A stretch of 64,000 bases of DNA from Octopus vulgaris (Eukaryota), in the NCBI GenBank assembly GCA_951406725.2, contig OX597814.1:64542001-64606000 (forward strand). Direction: 5' to 3'. Position 1 is the stretch's first letter; the number at the start of each line of letters is the position of its first letter. Below are positions 53,990 to 64,000 of this stretch, piece after piece. The translations under genes were made by a program, and so were the position numbers. The notes beneath the pieces are model-generated. The model did no database searches. It saw only the letters and a program-made list of their open reading frames with translations, and was not told where the DNA came from.

Positions 53990-54244
53990 CAGTGTTCTCT
54001 GGTTCTCAACCCTTTTTTTTTTTACATCTATGGACCCCTTCTTTGATTACAATTTCATTCTGGTAGACCCACATAGCCATTCGATGAAAAATTAGATTTA
54101 TAGATAATTCCTTCCGAATTCGTATTTTGTTTATCACGCATTCACTCGTTTAGGATGAACCCAGTTTATTATTTTGCTTGTGCGGAACCCCCAAAATCTT
54201 TTATGGGCCCAAGGGGTCATATGAATCCCAGTTAAGAACCACTG
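53990..54244. mobile_element. hAT(Charlie)-like MITE
   Basis: CAGTG..GGTTCTCAACC / AGTTAAGAACCACTG termini, internal GGACCCC/GGGGTC motifs. Confidence 0.7.
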
Positions 54245-54554
54245 TCTTAAATGAAAGCCACATGGGTAGGTATAAAAATTCTTAACCATACAGCCAAGCT
54301 TGTGTCTAGAGGAAAATTTTAGATAAAAATAGAAAGGTAAACATTTTTTTTTAAATTAAAGAATATTCCAGAATAAAGTATTATTTGATGTTTGATGTAC
54401 GTTAATAATCAATTACGTCACATAGGTAAAGAAACAACAATCAGCAAAAAGAATATTAAAATACTGACAATGATTTCTAATTTTGGTTGAAGTTATAGAT
54501 CTTTTCGGGATGAAATCAAGTACTTTACCTGAAACAGTGAAGGGGCGGCGATAT

Positions 54555-54795
54555 GATCGCACTGCTTGCTAGAAACAGCAGCCAAATCTCTTTCAAATTA
54601 CACCCTACTGACTTCAAAAAGGTTACGTTTGAATAATGTGATCCTCAACTCCATGGGAGTTTTTGATCATAGTTTTACATGATCAGGGTTGGTCAGTGAC
54701 TCAGCAAGGACAACAATGTGCTAATAAGGGAGCTTCTGTATGGAGGGAAGAGTGCTAAAAATAGCAGTCAAGTTTCCTTCAAACCACGCCTTAAA
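54555..54795. mobile_element. family D repeat (plus) with adjacent inverted fragment
   Basis: GCTAGAAACAGCAGCCAAATCTCTTTCAAATTACACCCTAC..CAACAA; second partial AAATAGCAGTCAAGTTTCCTTCAAACCAC. Confidence 0.55.
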
Positions 54796-54889
54796 TAATA
54801 ATGTCGTAGATACCCTCACTGCTAATGATGAGAACAGACAGTTATTATCATATAAACAGTTAACAATAAGAGCGAGGAAAAAGGTCCTT

Positions 54890-55195
54890 GGAATATATAA
54901 GAAAGTCACCCTTATAAATGATTGTGTGGCATGGAACATCAAGAAACAAGTTTAAGAACTTATCAATGCCGTGAACATGCAGATCCTTAAAAATGCTGAA
55001 TGCAGTTAGAGTAACAAATACTGTGATCCTTAAACGAGCTAAGACCACCAGAAAGACAAGTTCAATTCATTGGACACCACTTAAAGAAAAAGCTTTCCAT
55101 ACTTGGTGACAACTGAAAAAATGAAAGGAAGAAATCAATGAAGACAGAAAGAGAAAACACTCGATGGGCTAAACAGCTGGCAACGAAAAGACTGA
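54890..55195 (+). pseudogene. RTE-clade LINE 3' fragment
   Basis: RVTNTVILKRAKT..QVQFIGH..LVTT..RQKEKTLDGLNSW. Confidence 0.6.
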
Positions 55196-55202
55196 TTCAA
55201 AT

Positions 55203-55602
55203 AATCTTTTCTACTCTAGGCACAAGACCCGAAATTTTAGTGGAGGGGGCCAGTTGCTTAGATCGACCTCTGTGCGCAACTAGTACTTAATTTATCGACC
55301 CCGAAAGGATGAAAAGCAAAGTCGACCTCAGTGGAATTTGAATTTGAACGTAGCGGAAGATGAAATATCTATTTCTTTACTACCCACAAGGGGCTACACA
55401 CAGAGGGGACAAACAAGGACAGACAAAGGGATTAAGTCGATTACATCGACCCCAGTGTGTAACTGGTACTTATTTAATCGACCCCGAAAGGATGAAAGGC
55501 AAAGTCGACCTCGGCGGAATTTGAACTCACAACGTAACGGCAGACGAAATACGGCTACGCATTTCGCCCGGCATGCTAACGTTTCTGCCAGCTCGCCGCC
55601 TT
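55203..55602 (-). mobile_element. SINE family B dimer
   Basis: Minus: AAGGCGGCGAGCTGGCAGAAACGTTAGC..GAGTTCAAATTCCGCCGAGGTCGACTTTGCCTTTCATCCTTTCGGGGTCGAT, with a second unit following. Confidence 0.9.
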
Positions 55603-55613
55603 AGACTGATTCA

Positions 55614-55888
55614 ATCTATATATATATAACTGAGAATCTATATATATAAAACTGAGAATGTGTCTGTCTGTCTATCTGTCTGTGTGTGTCCCTAAAACTT
55701 GAGAACTACACAACCAATTTCATTCAAATTTTACACATGCCTTACTTAGGGTCCGGGGAGTGTCATCGGCAAAAAAAATGTTTAACTTCTTGTCTAGGGC
55801 GAGCCCACAGCAATATCATATCTTCTCCACTATTTCAGTATTACGTGTAAAAAGTGAAACAAAAACATCTCTCTATTGTATGTATATA

Positions 55889-55959
<71 letters not shown>

Positions 55960-55968
55960 TGTGTGTGT

Positions 55969-56032
<64 letters not shown>

Positions 56033-56500
56033 CTGAAATGCGAAAAGTTTGTTTGTTTGTTTGTTTGTTTGTCTGGATTTGTCATTGAGAACGGGTTAAA
56101 AGCCACTAGATCCTGTCGGATTGACTCCAAAATTTACAGGGACATGTAAAATGAGGTGAGGATGCGAGTGGGCTAGGTTAGAAATCCCTACCTTAAAAGG
56201 TGTCGTTGCTAGGGCCAAAAACGTACTTTGACAAGTCTACTCTCATTCTTTTATGTATCTGTCTTCCTCCATCACTCACTCTCTTTCCTCCCTTCCCATC
56301 AATTTCTATCTATAACGTCGTTTCACAGCGTCTACTTCCCCTTCACTTTCTCTTTATAATGTCGTTTCACAGCGTTCTATATCTCCCCCGTCCCCGCCTT
56401 CGACAGCGCTTTCACACACTCTCTCTTTCTCTACGTCTGTCTGCATTCATAGACAGAATTATCATCGCCACCACTACCACACAATCATGAGAACAAATAT
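55614..56500 (+). mobile_element. two Helitron-like 5' fragments separated by (TA)n
   Basis: TCTATATATATAAAACTGAGAATGTGTCTGTCTG..AACTACACAACCAATTTCATTCAAATTTTACAC and (GTTT)n..GATTGACTCCAAAATTTAC; no 3' CTAG end found nearby. Confidence 0.5.
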
Positions 56501-56800
56501 TATGACTCAGATATTTATTGGGTTAATTTATGTGTGTGTGTGTTCTATATATAAATATGTATATATAATGTATATATACAAAGTGTATATATCTGTATTT
56601 ATGTATATTAAACTTTTTAATACTTTTTGATAGTTATATATGTTTTTTTTTAAATTGTAAATATAAATTAATAATTTTAATTTTAAATCTAAATAATTTT
56701 AATTTTTCAATTTTATATTTTATATATTTTGTATATTATATTTTTATTTTTATGTTTTTCACTGTTTGATTTGCCTATTAGTGGTTTTATCTCTAATTTG

Positions 56801-56843
<43 letters not shown>

Positions 56844-56868
56844 GTATACATTTGTATATATAATGCGT

Positions 56869-56954
<86 letters not shown>

Positions 56955-57735
56955 TGAGTGCATTATGTGGTCGGTTGAGCTGAAAATATGCACACCTATG
57001 TTAAAAGTGCTGGCGAGTTTGCATGACAACTATTTTTTTCCTCAAATAAAAGGCGTGACCTCTAGGTCCCAGTAGACCCGAATGAAATCGGGTTATATTA
57101 ACCAAAATGTGAAAAGGGGTCTAAATGGGGCTGGAAGGGAATTCAAATTTACAGGAGCGGGTGTTTTGGAATTCTCTGTTACATCAAGCTAAAAAAATTG
57201 CGCCAACCTTTTAATTGACAATGTGTTGCCGTACATGATGAAGAAGTTTTAAATGCTTGCCATGGTGAGTCTACTGTCGTGAGAAAGAATCACTTCAAAA
57301 CTTGGTGTTTATGAATTTTCTTTTAAATCAAATTCAAAATTTTACGCCAGCCGTTAAACTGTCAATACGTTGCTGTCCGTCGTTAAGAAATGCCAGCCAT
57401 GGTGACTCTACTATCCTCAGATTCTATCCCTTCAAACTTTGGTTTCCAATATTTTATTATTTTTATTCAGCTCGCAAGTTCGTCTGTCCCTTTTAAATGT
57501 TAGTGTTTTGCTGTCTGCCTTGAAGCAGACCTTTCCGTTGTCACTGCCTGATATTTATGATTGATCTTTCAAAATATTTTATTTCTCAATTTACTAAAGA
57601 TCTTTTGTTGTTTATAAATGGAAGAGAGATAGATAAAGATAGAGAGTAAGAGAAAGCGAGGGAGAGTCCGAGAGAAAAGAAAAGTAAGAAAGTAGGAAAG
57701 TGAGAGAGAAAGGAGAGTGAAACAAAGAGGGGGAA

Positions 57736-58053
57736 TCATCATCATCATCATCATCATCGTTTAACGTCCGTTTTCCGTGCTAGCACGGGTTGGACAGTTT
57801 GACCGGGGTCTGGGAAGCCAGGAGGCTGCACCAGGCTCCAGTCTGATCTGGCAGTGTTTCTACAGCTGGATGCCCTTCCTAACGACAACCACTCTGTGAG
57901 TGTAGTGGGTGCTTTTTTCGTGCCACCGGCACAGGTGCCAGGGGGGAGGCTGGCAGCGGCCACGATCGGTTGGTGTTTTTTACGTGCAACCGGCACAGAA
58001 GCCAGTCAAGGCGGCGCTGCCATCGGCCACGTTCGGATGGTGCTTTTTACGTG
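57736..58053 (-). mobile_element. SINE family C copy
   Basis: (ATC)n-GTTTAACGTCCG..CTACAGCTGGATGCCCTTCCTAACG..GTGCTTTTTACGTG subrepeats. Confidence 0.88.
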
Positions 58054-58121
58054 CTGAAAAGAAGCAACAGAAAGTAACAACCACACTCTTACCCACGCGT
58101 AGAGCGGGTCACCTTAAGCTA

Positions 58122-58180
<59 letters not shown>

Positions 58181-58392
58181 TGTATATATATAGCTGTTTA
58201 TGTATACATGTATATGTATAGATGTATTTCTCTAGATATACATGTATGTGCATACATGTATGTCTAGATGTATATATATAGATGTACATGTAGTATGTAC
58301 ACATATATATATACATATATACATGCATACATATACACATACACACATACACACACCCATACACACATACACACACACACATACATACATAA

Positions 58393-58725
58393 GTGCAGGT
58401 GTGGTTGTGTGGTAACAAACTTGGTTCCAAAACACATGGTCCTCAGTTCAGTCCTACTGTGTGGTAACTTGGCATGTGTCTTCCGCTATAGCCTCAGACC
58501 AACCAAAGCCTTGTCAGTGGATTTTGTAGACAGAAACTGAAAAAAATCAATCGTATATATATATGTATGTATATATGTAAGTCTATGTGTGTGTCTTTGT
58601 GTTTCTCCCTCATCATTGCTTCACAACTGGTGTTCGTTTATTTACATCCCCATAATTTACTGGTTTCACAAGAAGAAACTGATAGAATAAGTACCAGGCT
58701 TATCAAAATATAAAAAAAAGCACTA
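58393..58725 (+). mobile_element. SINE family A copy
   Basis: Head + microsatellite + tail. Confidence 0.82.
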
Positions 58726-58800
58726 CGCAGTGTCTCATATTTTTGTTTGCCCACTCATTTGTATCTATCAATTTATCTCTGTGTGTGTGTATATACATAC

Positions 58801-58867
<67 letters not shown>

Positions 58868-58870
<3 letters not shown>

Positions 58871-60998
58871 ATCTCATCATTACATGAAGATCCTTTCTGA
58901 ATTCTGTTCAACTGACCCGTAGTTACCACAGCACGGATTGTGACACAGATCATTCCCTAATAAGAAGCAGGGTGAGGATTATGCCTAAAAATGTCCATCA
59001 CTCCAAGAAAATGAGCCGACCACGCATTAACACTGCCAGAATCTCGGGCCCTACACTGCAACGTTTCTATCAAAGTTGCCCTCAGTAGCTGCCCAGCCTT
59101 CTCTGCTGAAAGTAGGTGGAATTATATCAGGGAAGCTTTGTATACCACATCAATAGATACTTTCGCCATGAGAGAAAGGCAAAACCCAGATTGGTTCAAT
59201 GCTGGGCTCTCAGAGCTGGAAACAGTTATCGAAGCAAAGCGTGCAGCTCTGATGCAATACAAGGGGGGTTCTTCTACAAAGTCACTCGAAGAACTCAGAA
59301 AGGCAAGAAGTAAAACCCAACTGACTGCCAGACGCTGTGCAAATAGGTTTTGGCAGGAAATCTGTCAGAGTATCCAGTCAGCTGCTGACAGTGGCGACAC
59401 CCGTGGACGTATACCGATTTGAAGAAGACCTCGGTCCATCCGCAACCAAGTCAGCCCCTCTGAAATCAACTACTGGAGATCTCATCAAGGACCAAAGCAA
59501 GCAAATGGATAGACGGGTGGAGTACTACCAGGATCTCTACTCACGGGAGACCACGGTAGCTGAGGCTGCAGTCGAGGGTGTCAAGATCTCGCCAATCAAG
59601 AGAGCAGAAAATGCCATCATATATGGCCTTCATTGATCTGACAAAGGTCTTTGACTTGATAAGTAGAAAAGGCCTCTTCATCATGCTCCAAAAATCGGAT
59701 GTCCACCAAAGCTGCTGAGGATCATCAAATCTTTCCATGATGATATGCAAGGCACCATACAGCATAATGGTTCAACATCAGCCGCCTTCCAAATAAAAAA
59801 CGGGGTAAAGCAAGGTTGTGTCCTTGCTCCTACATTATTTGGCATCTTCTTCTCGCTGCTGCTGTCTCATGCCTTTGAGACATCAAATGATGGAGTGTTT
59901 CAGCACAGTAGAAGTGATGGGAAACTGTTCAATATCTCGCGTCTGCGTGCCAAGACCAAAATCAGAAGCGTCCTGATCAAGGAGATGTTATTTACTGATG
60001 ATACCGCTCTGGTATCACACACAGAAGAAGCCTACAAAGGCTCATCAACTGTTTTGAGCAAGCATGTAGCAACTTTGGCTTAGTTATCAGCCTCAAGAAG
60101 ACCAACATCATGGGTCAGGCTACATCGGACATCCCAAACATACATATTGGAGACCACAGACTATAGGAGGTGGAGACGTTTACCTATCGTGGCTCTACCG
60201 TCACCTACAACCTATCCCTTGATGCTGAGCTCAATATACGCATTGGAAAGGCAGCTGCTGTGATGGCCCAATTCTCCAAACGGGCATGGGACGACAATAA
60301 GCTGACCAAGGCCACAAAAATGAAGATTTACTAGGCATGTGTACTTAGCACTCTACTGTATGGAAGTGAAACTTGGATGTCATACACACGCCAAGAGCGT
60401 CGCCTAAATGTCTTTCACCTGCGCTGCCTCCGGAAAGTCCTTCGCATCAAATCGCAGAATCATGTCCCCAACAAAGATGTCTTCAAACAAGCAGGAATAC
60501 TAAGTATGTTTGCACTCCTCACACAAAGACGTATGAGATGGCTTGGACATGTTAGCCGTATGGAAGATGGCAGAATCCCCAAGGACATACTCAACGGAGA
60601 GCTTGTTAGGAGCACTAGGTCTGTGGGAGGACCGTTCTTACTATACAAGGATGTTTGCAAAAGGGACATGAATGCCTCAATATTACCAACTGGGAAGCAG
60701 TTTCCAGCAACCGTGGAGATTGGTGACGTACCGTAAAAGAGGGAACACAAAGGAGTGACATAGAGAGAGAAGAGAAATGGAACGACAAGAAAAGACGTCA
60801 ACAAGAAACTATGACATTACAACCAGCCAGGCAAAGTCTTCGCTACATTTGCGGCACCTGCCAGAAGGAGTGTTTGTCCGGGATAGGACAACATAGCCAC
60901 AGCAGGAGATGTATTAGAACATGAAATGTAAAAGCCTGACTATATTATTTTATGCGCAACTCCATTGTCCCCCGAGACAAAAAGGATGCCAACAACAA
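58868..60998 (+). mobile_element. 5'-truncated RTE-clade LINE (pseudogenic APE end, RT, C2H2 finger)
   Basis: DLII..DCDTDHSLI (APE end), AFIDLTKVFD, GVKQGCVLAPTLF, EMLFTDD, RWLGHVSRMEDGRIPK, C..C..H...C finger, tail GGATGCC(AAC)n; frameshifts and an internal deletion near 59590. Confidence 0.93.
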
Positions 60999-61004
60999 TA
61001 TATA

Positions 61005-61039
61005 TGGATTTCGTAGACAGGAACTGAAACAAATCAATC

Positions 61040-61080
<41 letters not shown>

Positions 61081-61440
61081 TTTCGTTTCGTTTCTTCTTC
61101 TTCTTCTTCTTCTTCTTCTTCTTCTTCTTCTTCTTCTTCTTCTTCTTCTTCTTCTTCTGGTTTATATATATATATATGTGTGTGTATGTGTGTATATATG
61201 TGTGTGTGTGTGTATATATGTAAGTCTATGTGTGTGTCTTTGTGTTTCTCCCTCATCACTGCTTCACAACTGCTGTTCATTTATTTACATCCACCTAACT
61301 TACTGGGTTCACAAGAACAAACTAATAGAATAAGTACCAGGATTATCAACATAAAAACAGCACTAGGGTGTGTCTCATATTTTTTGTTTGCCCACTCAGT
61401 TGTATCTATCAATTTATCTTTGTGTGTGTGTGTGTATATA
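61005..61440 (+). repeat. direct duplicate of 58518-~58800 flanking the RTE
   Basis: Shared SINE-derived and non-SINE sequence, e.g. GTGTCTCATATTTTTGTTTGCCCACTCA.TTGTATCTATCAATTTATCT. Confidence 0.88.
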
Positions 61441-61469
61441 TATCTCTCTCTCTCTCTATATATATATAT

Positions 61470-61682
61470 ATCAAAATGTGACCGCGTGTGTACCGTTGGC
61501 GATTTTTTCCCTCTGCCTTCCCTTCTCTGGATCTTTCCTTCTCCTATGTTTCCGACGAAGAGCTCCGCTCTAAACGTTAAACCCTCCTTCTTTCCTTCTT
61601 TCCTGAGCGTCCAATAATACTATATTTGTTCCACGTCCTCGCGTTGTTGTGTTTTTTTTGTGCTTTCTTCTTTGGATTAACT
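61470..61682 (+). mobile_element. pLTR-like element between (TA)n tracts with minimal hammerhead motif (61548-61582)
   Basis: GTTT-CCGACGA-AGAGC-TCC-GCTC-TAAAC-GTT-AAAC; two core substitutions. Confidence 0.7.
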
Positions 61683-61989
61683 ATATATATATATATATAT
61701 ATATAACACCCTAATGGGAGCCTTATCTCCCAAATTTTAGTAATTTCTGTTATGATCCAAAACTAGATCAAAAGTACTGAATGGATCTTTATGAAATTTG
61801 GAAATTATATTCTATGCATAAGGGCCATATCCTCCATGACAATTCATATATTTTTGCTGTTGATGAAATTGTAACCATAGATATTAGACACAAATGAAAT
61901 AGTATTTATAAAATTTCATCTTCTTACAAGTTAGAAATACCCCGCCATAGGGACTTAACACCCACAATTTTGTCATTTTATCTAAGCAA

Positions 61990-62480
61990 AAACGAATACA
62001 GTTGTGCTCTTGGAAGCTGTAGGGTTACCCGAGCATAAAAGTTGAGCATTTTTTCTAATTCAATGGTACAACAGTGTAACAGTTTGCTTTGACATACACT
62101 TACATTGTGATTTCTGCAATGTGCTGCATAAATTGTGAAGTAAATGATAGGCATATTTGCCTCCACTGATTCAGTTGCAAAGTGTTGAGTAAAGTTATTT
62201 GATTGCAGACCTCCTTTCAGTCTTTTTATTATCACTGGGTCACACATAGTCCCCAGATGGTAACATTGATTTCAAGGCCTTCCCAGATGAGTGACTGGTT
62301 ATTCAAAGACGATTATAGATTGTAAATTTATTCTGTCCAGTTACATATCAGTATAGTGGTCATTTGCAAAATCCAGAGGTGACACTTTAATTAACCCTCA
62401 CGTCACACAGTTGTTAATGTTGACTTCAGTTGGCTCACGCCCTTCCAATCGCTATAGATTCGTAATGCATCTTTACGGCT
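61990..62480 (-). pseudogene. possible decayed Pif1-like (Helitron) helicase fragment
   Basis: Weak resemblance (SVTSGFAN, ITM..CQ) to helicase motifs; frameshifted. Confidence 0.2.
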
Positions 62481-62759
62481 GTGCATGTCACCTGGATGGT
62501 GGGGAATCCTACATTGGGAGTGGTACCGACTAGGGGAGGGTAACTGACTGCTTATTGTGATCATTCGCCTTTCGGTTTCCTGTAGCTTTGCTCTCTTTTA
62601 CAAACACAGTGAACATATATTTCCTATTTCAAAGAAATTCAAACAATAGATATAAGACCCAAGTTAAAATGATTCTCAACAATTCAACTTCTCTGGTTGA
62701 CATTAAGATGCCCACCCCCAACAGGAGCCTTAACTCTCACATTTTAGAGCTCCATGACC

Positions 62760-63016
62760 TTCATTTTTCAGGAGCAAAATCTTTTTAACAGGTTCAATAA
62801 GACTGGAATTTTAGAATATGCGCATAAAAATCAGTAGTATGGGATACATGTGGCACAATTACAACTTTTTTAGGGTGTGTAAAGAGGGAAATAACCCTCA
62901 GCTGCAATTTTGATGAAATTCGAAACACAAATATTCCAGTTCATTATTGAAAATACAACAGAAAAGTCTAATTCTTCGATTGAATGTAACCGGGCAACGC
63001 CGGGTATCTCTGCTAG
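62760..63016 (+). mobile_element. Helitron 3' terminus
   Basis: ACCGGGCAACGCCGGGT hairpin + CTGCTAG followed by T, same terminus type as 27380 and 28194. Confidence 0.75.
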
Positions 63017-63274
63017 TAATATCATAAAATTTGTGTCGAGGAGAATAACAAACGTCAACTCCAGTAGAGACAGCACAAGAAGAAAGGCAGAGAAAGTGTG
63101 AGAGAGAAGACAAAGAGAAGAAGAGAGAAAAGAAAGACAGAGAGAGGGGGAAAGAGAAGTGAGAGAACTAGTGACATGTCCTACACGCATCTATATAGAC
63201 AAGTTGATTACAGTTGAAATGCATTTGATCGTAACCTAACTCTAAACAACGACGACGACGACGACGCGGCGGTA

Positions 63275-63515
63275 ATGTTATTTGATATTTATACGTTTAC
63301 AGATATAAACGAAAATAATATTAGCAAAATGGAGGAGACATGTTGGGCCACCATTAATAAAAAGCAATAGGTTCGAACTGATCTTGACTCTTGTAAACAC
63401 AGCAATAAGAGCCATATATTAGTACAGACCATGTCATAGTGAAATTGATTCAGTTAAGGTTGAGCTTAATGGTGATATAGTCTACGAAGAGGAATTACAG
63501 AATTTGAAATATGTT
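63275..63515 (+). pseudogene. decayed non-LTR RT fragment (FADD to KYL region)
   Basis: FTDI..KMEE..VELNGDIVYEEELQNLKYV resembles RT domains 5-7. Confidence 0.4.
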
Positions 63516-63516
63516 A

Positions 63517-63665
63517 TGGCTGTGTTGTTCAGAAGCTCTCTTTGCAAACACGTGGTTTGGGTTCAGTCCTGCTGCGCGGCCCTTACAGGAAGTGTCTGCT
63601 ACTATAGTCGATCAAGGCCTTCTAAGTGAATTTGGTAGACGGAAAATGAATGGAAATCCGTCGTA
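63517..63665 (+). mobile_element. SINE family A head
   Basis: TGGCTGTGTTGTTCAGAAG..GGGTTCAGTCC..TTGGTAGACGGAAAATGAA. Confidence 0.75.
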
Positions 63666-64000
63666 CTTATGCGTGTATGTGTGTGTGTAAGTAATAAATA
63701 TTCAAGCGAGGAGTATACCGAGGGCTACTCTTCAAGCCAAAGGTGTCTTGATTAATGAAGTTTACATTGTTGTATGGAGTTTCATGTTAACACACGAACT
63801 ATTCGATCCTTGGATCTTACATTTATATATATATAAATACATAAATACATATACGCGTGTGTGTGTGTGTGTGTGCATTTTTGTATCTATGTGCTAGTCC
63901 TCACCCCACAATAACTGAGCGATTCCTCATAAAGAGACTGTTGGATTATGAACCAGGCTTTAAAAAAAATAAGTACTAGGGTCGACTCAGTACTTCAAGA

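Noticed and set aside
63435-63540. P450-like peptide EIDSV..YEEELQNLKYVMAVL
   Set aside because: MAVL comes from a SINE head, there is no ExxR or splice context, and a LINE RT remnant fits better

Overview
AT-rich eukaryotic (animal) intergenic or intronic DNA with no credible host protein-coding exon; nearly all ORFs in the supplied track are microsatellite translations. The repeat repertoire suggests a cephalopod, probably Octopus (inference from remembered repeat families, not a database search). It includes tRNA/CORE-type SINEs with an internal (TA)n/(TG)n, a GCCTTTCATCCTTTCGGGGTCGAT SINE, a (GAT)n-tailed RTE-type SINE and very dense microsatellites. Transposon relics: an intron-containing DD34E Tc1, mariner derivatives, a 5'-truncated RTE LINE flanked by a ~300-bp direct duplication, RTE/CR1/L1 fragments, Penelope-like (GIY-YIG) fragments, non-autonomous Helitrons and a young 303-bp tandem array. 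The most notable signal is about 15 minimal hammerhead-ribozyme-like motifs (CUGANGA...GAAAC-palindrome-GUH) read by eye. Several have intact cores, several carry 60-120 nt inserts in helix II, and five sit in non-coding fold-back elements with a divergently oriented motif in each arm, consistent with a Penelope-derived non-autonomous ribozyme element system. Coordinates were counted by hand and may be off by a few bases.
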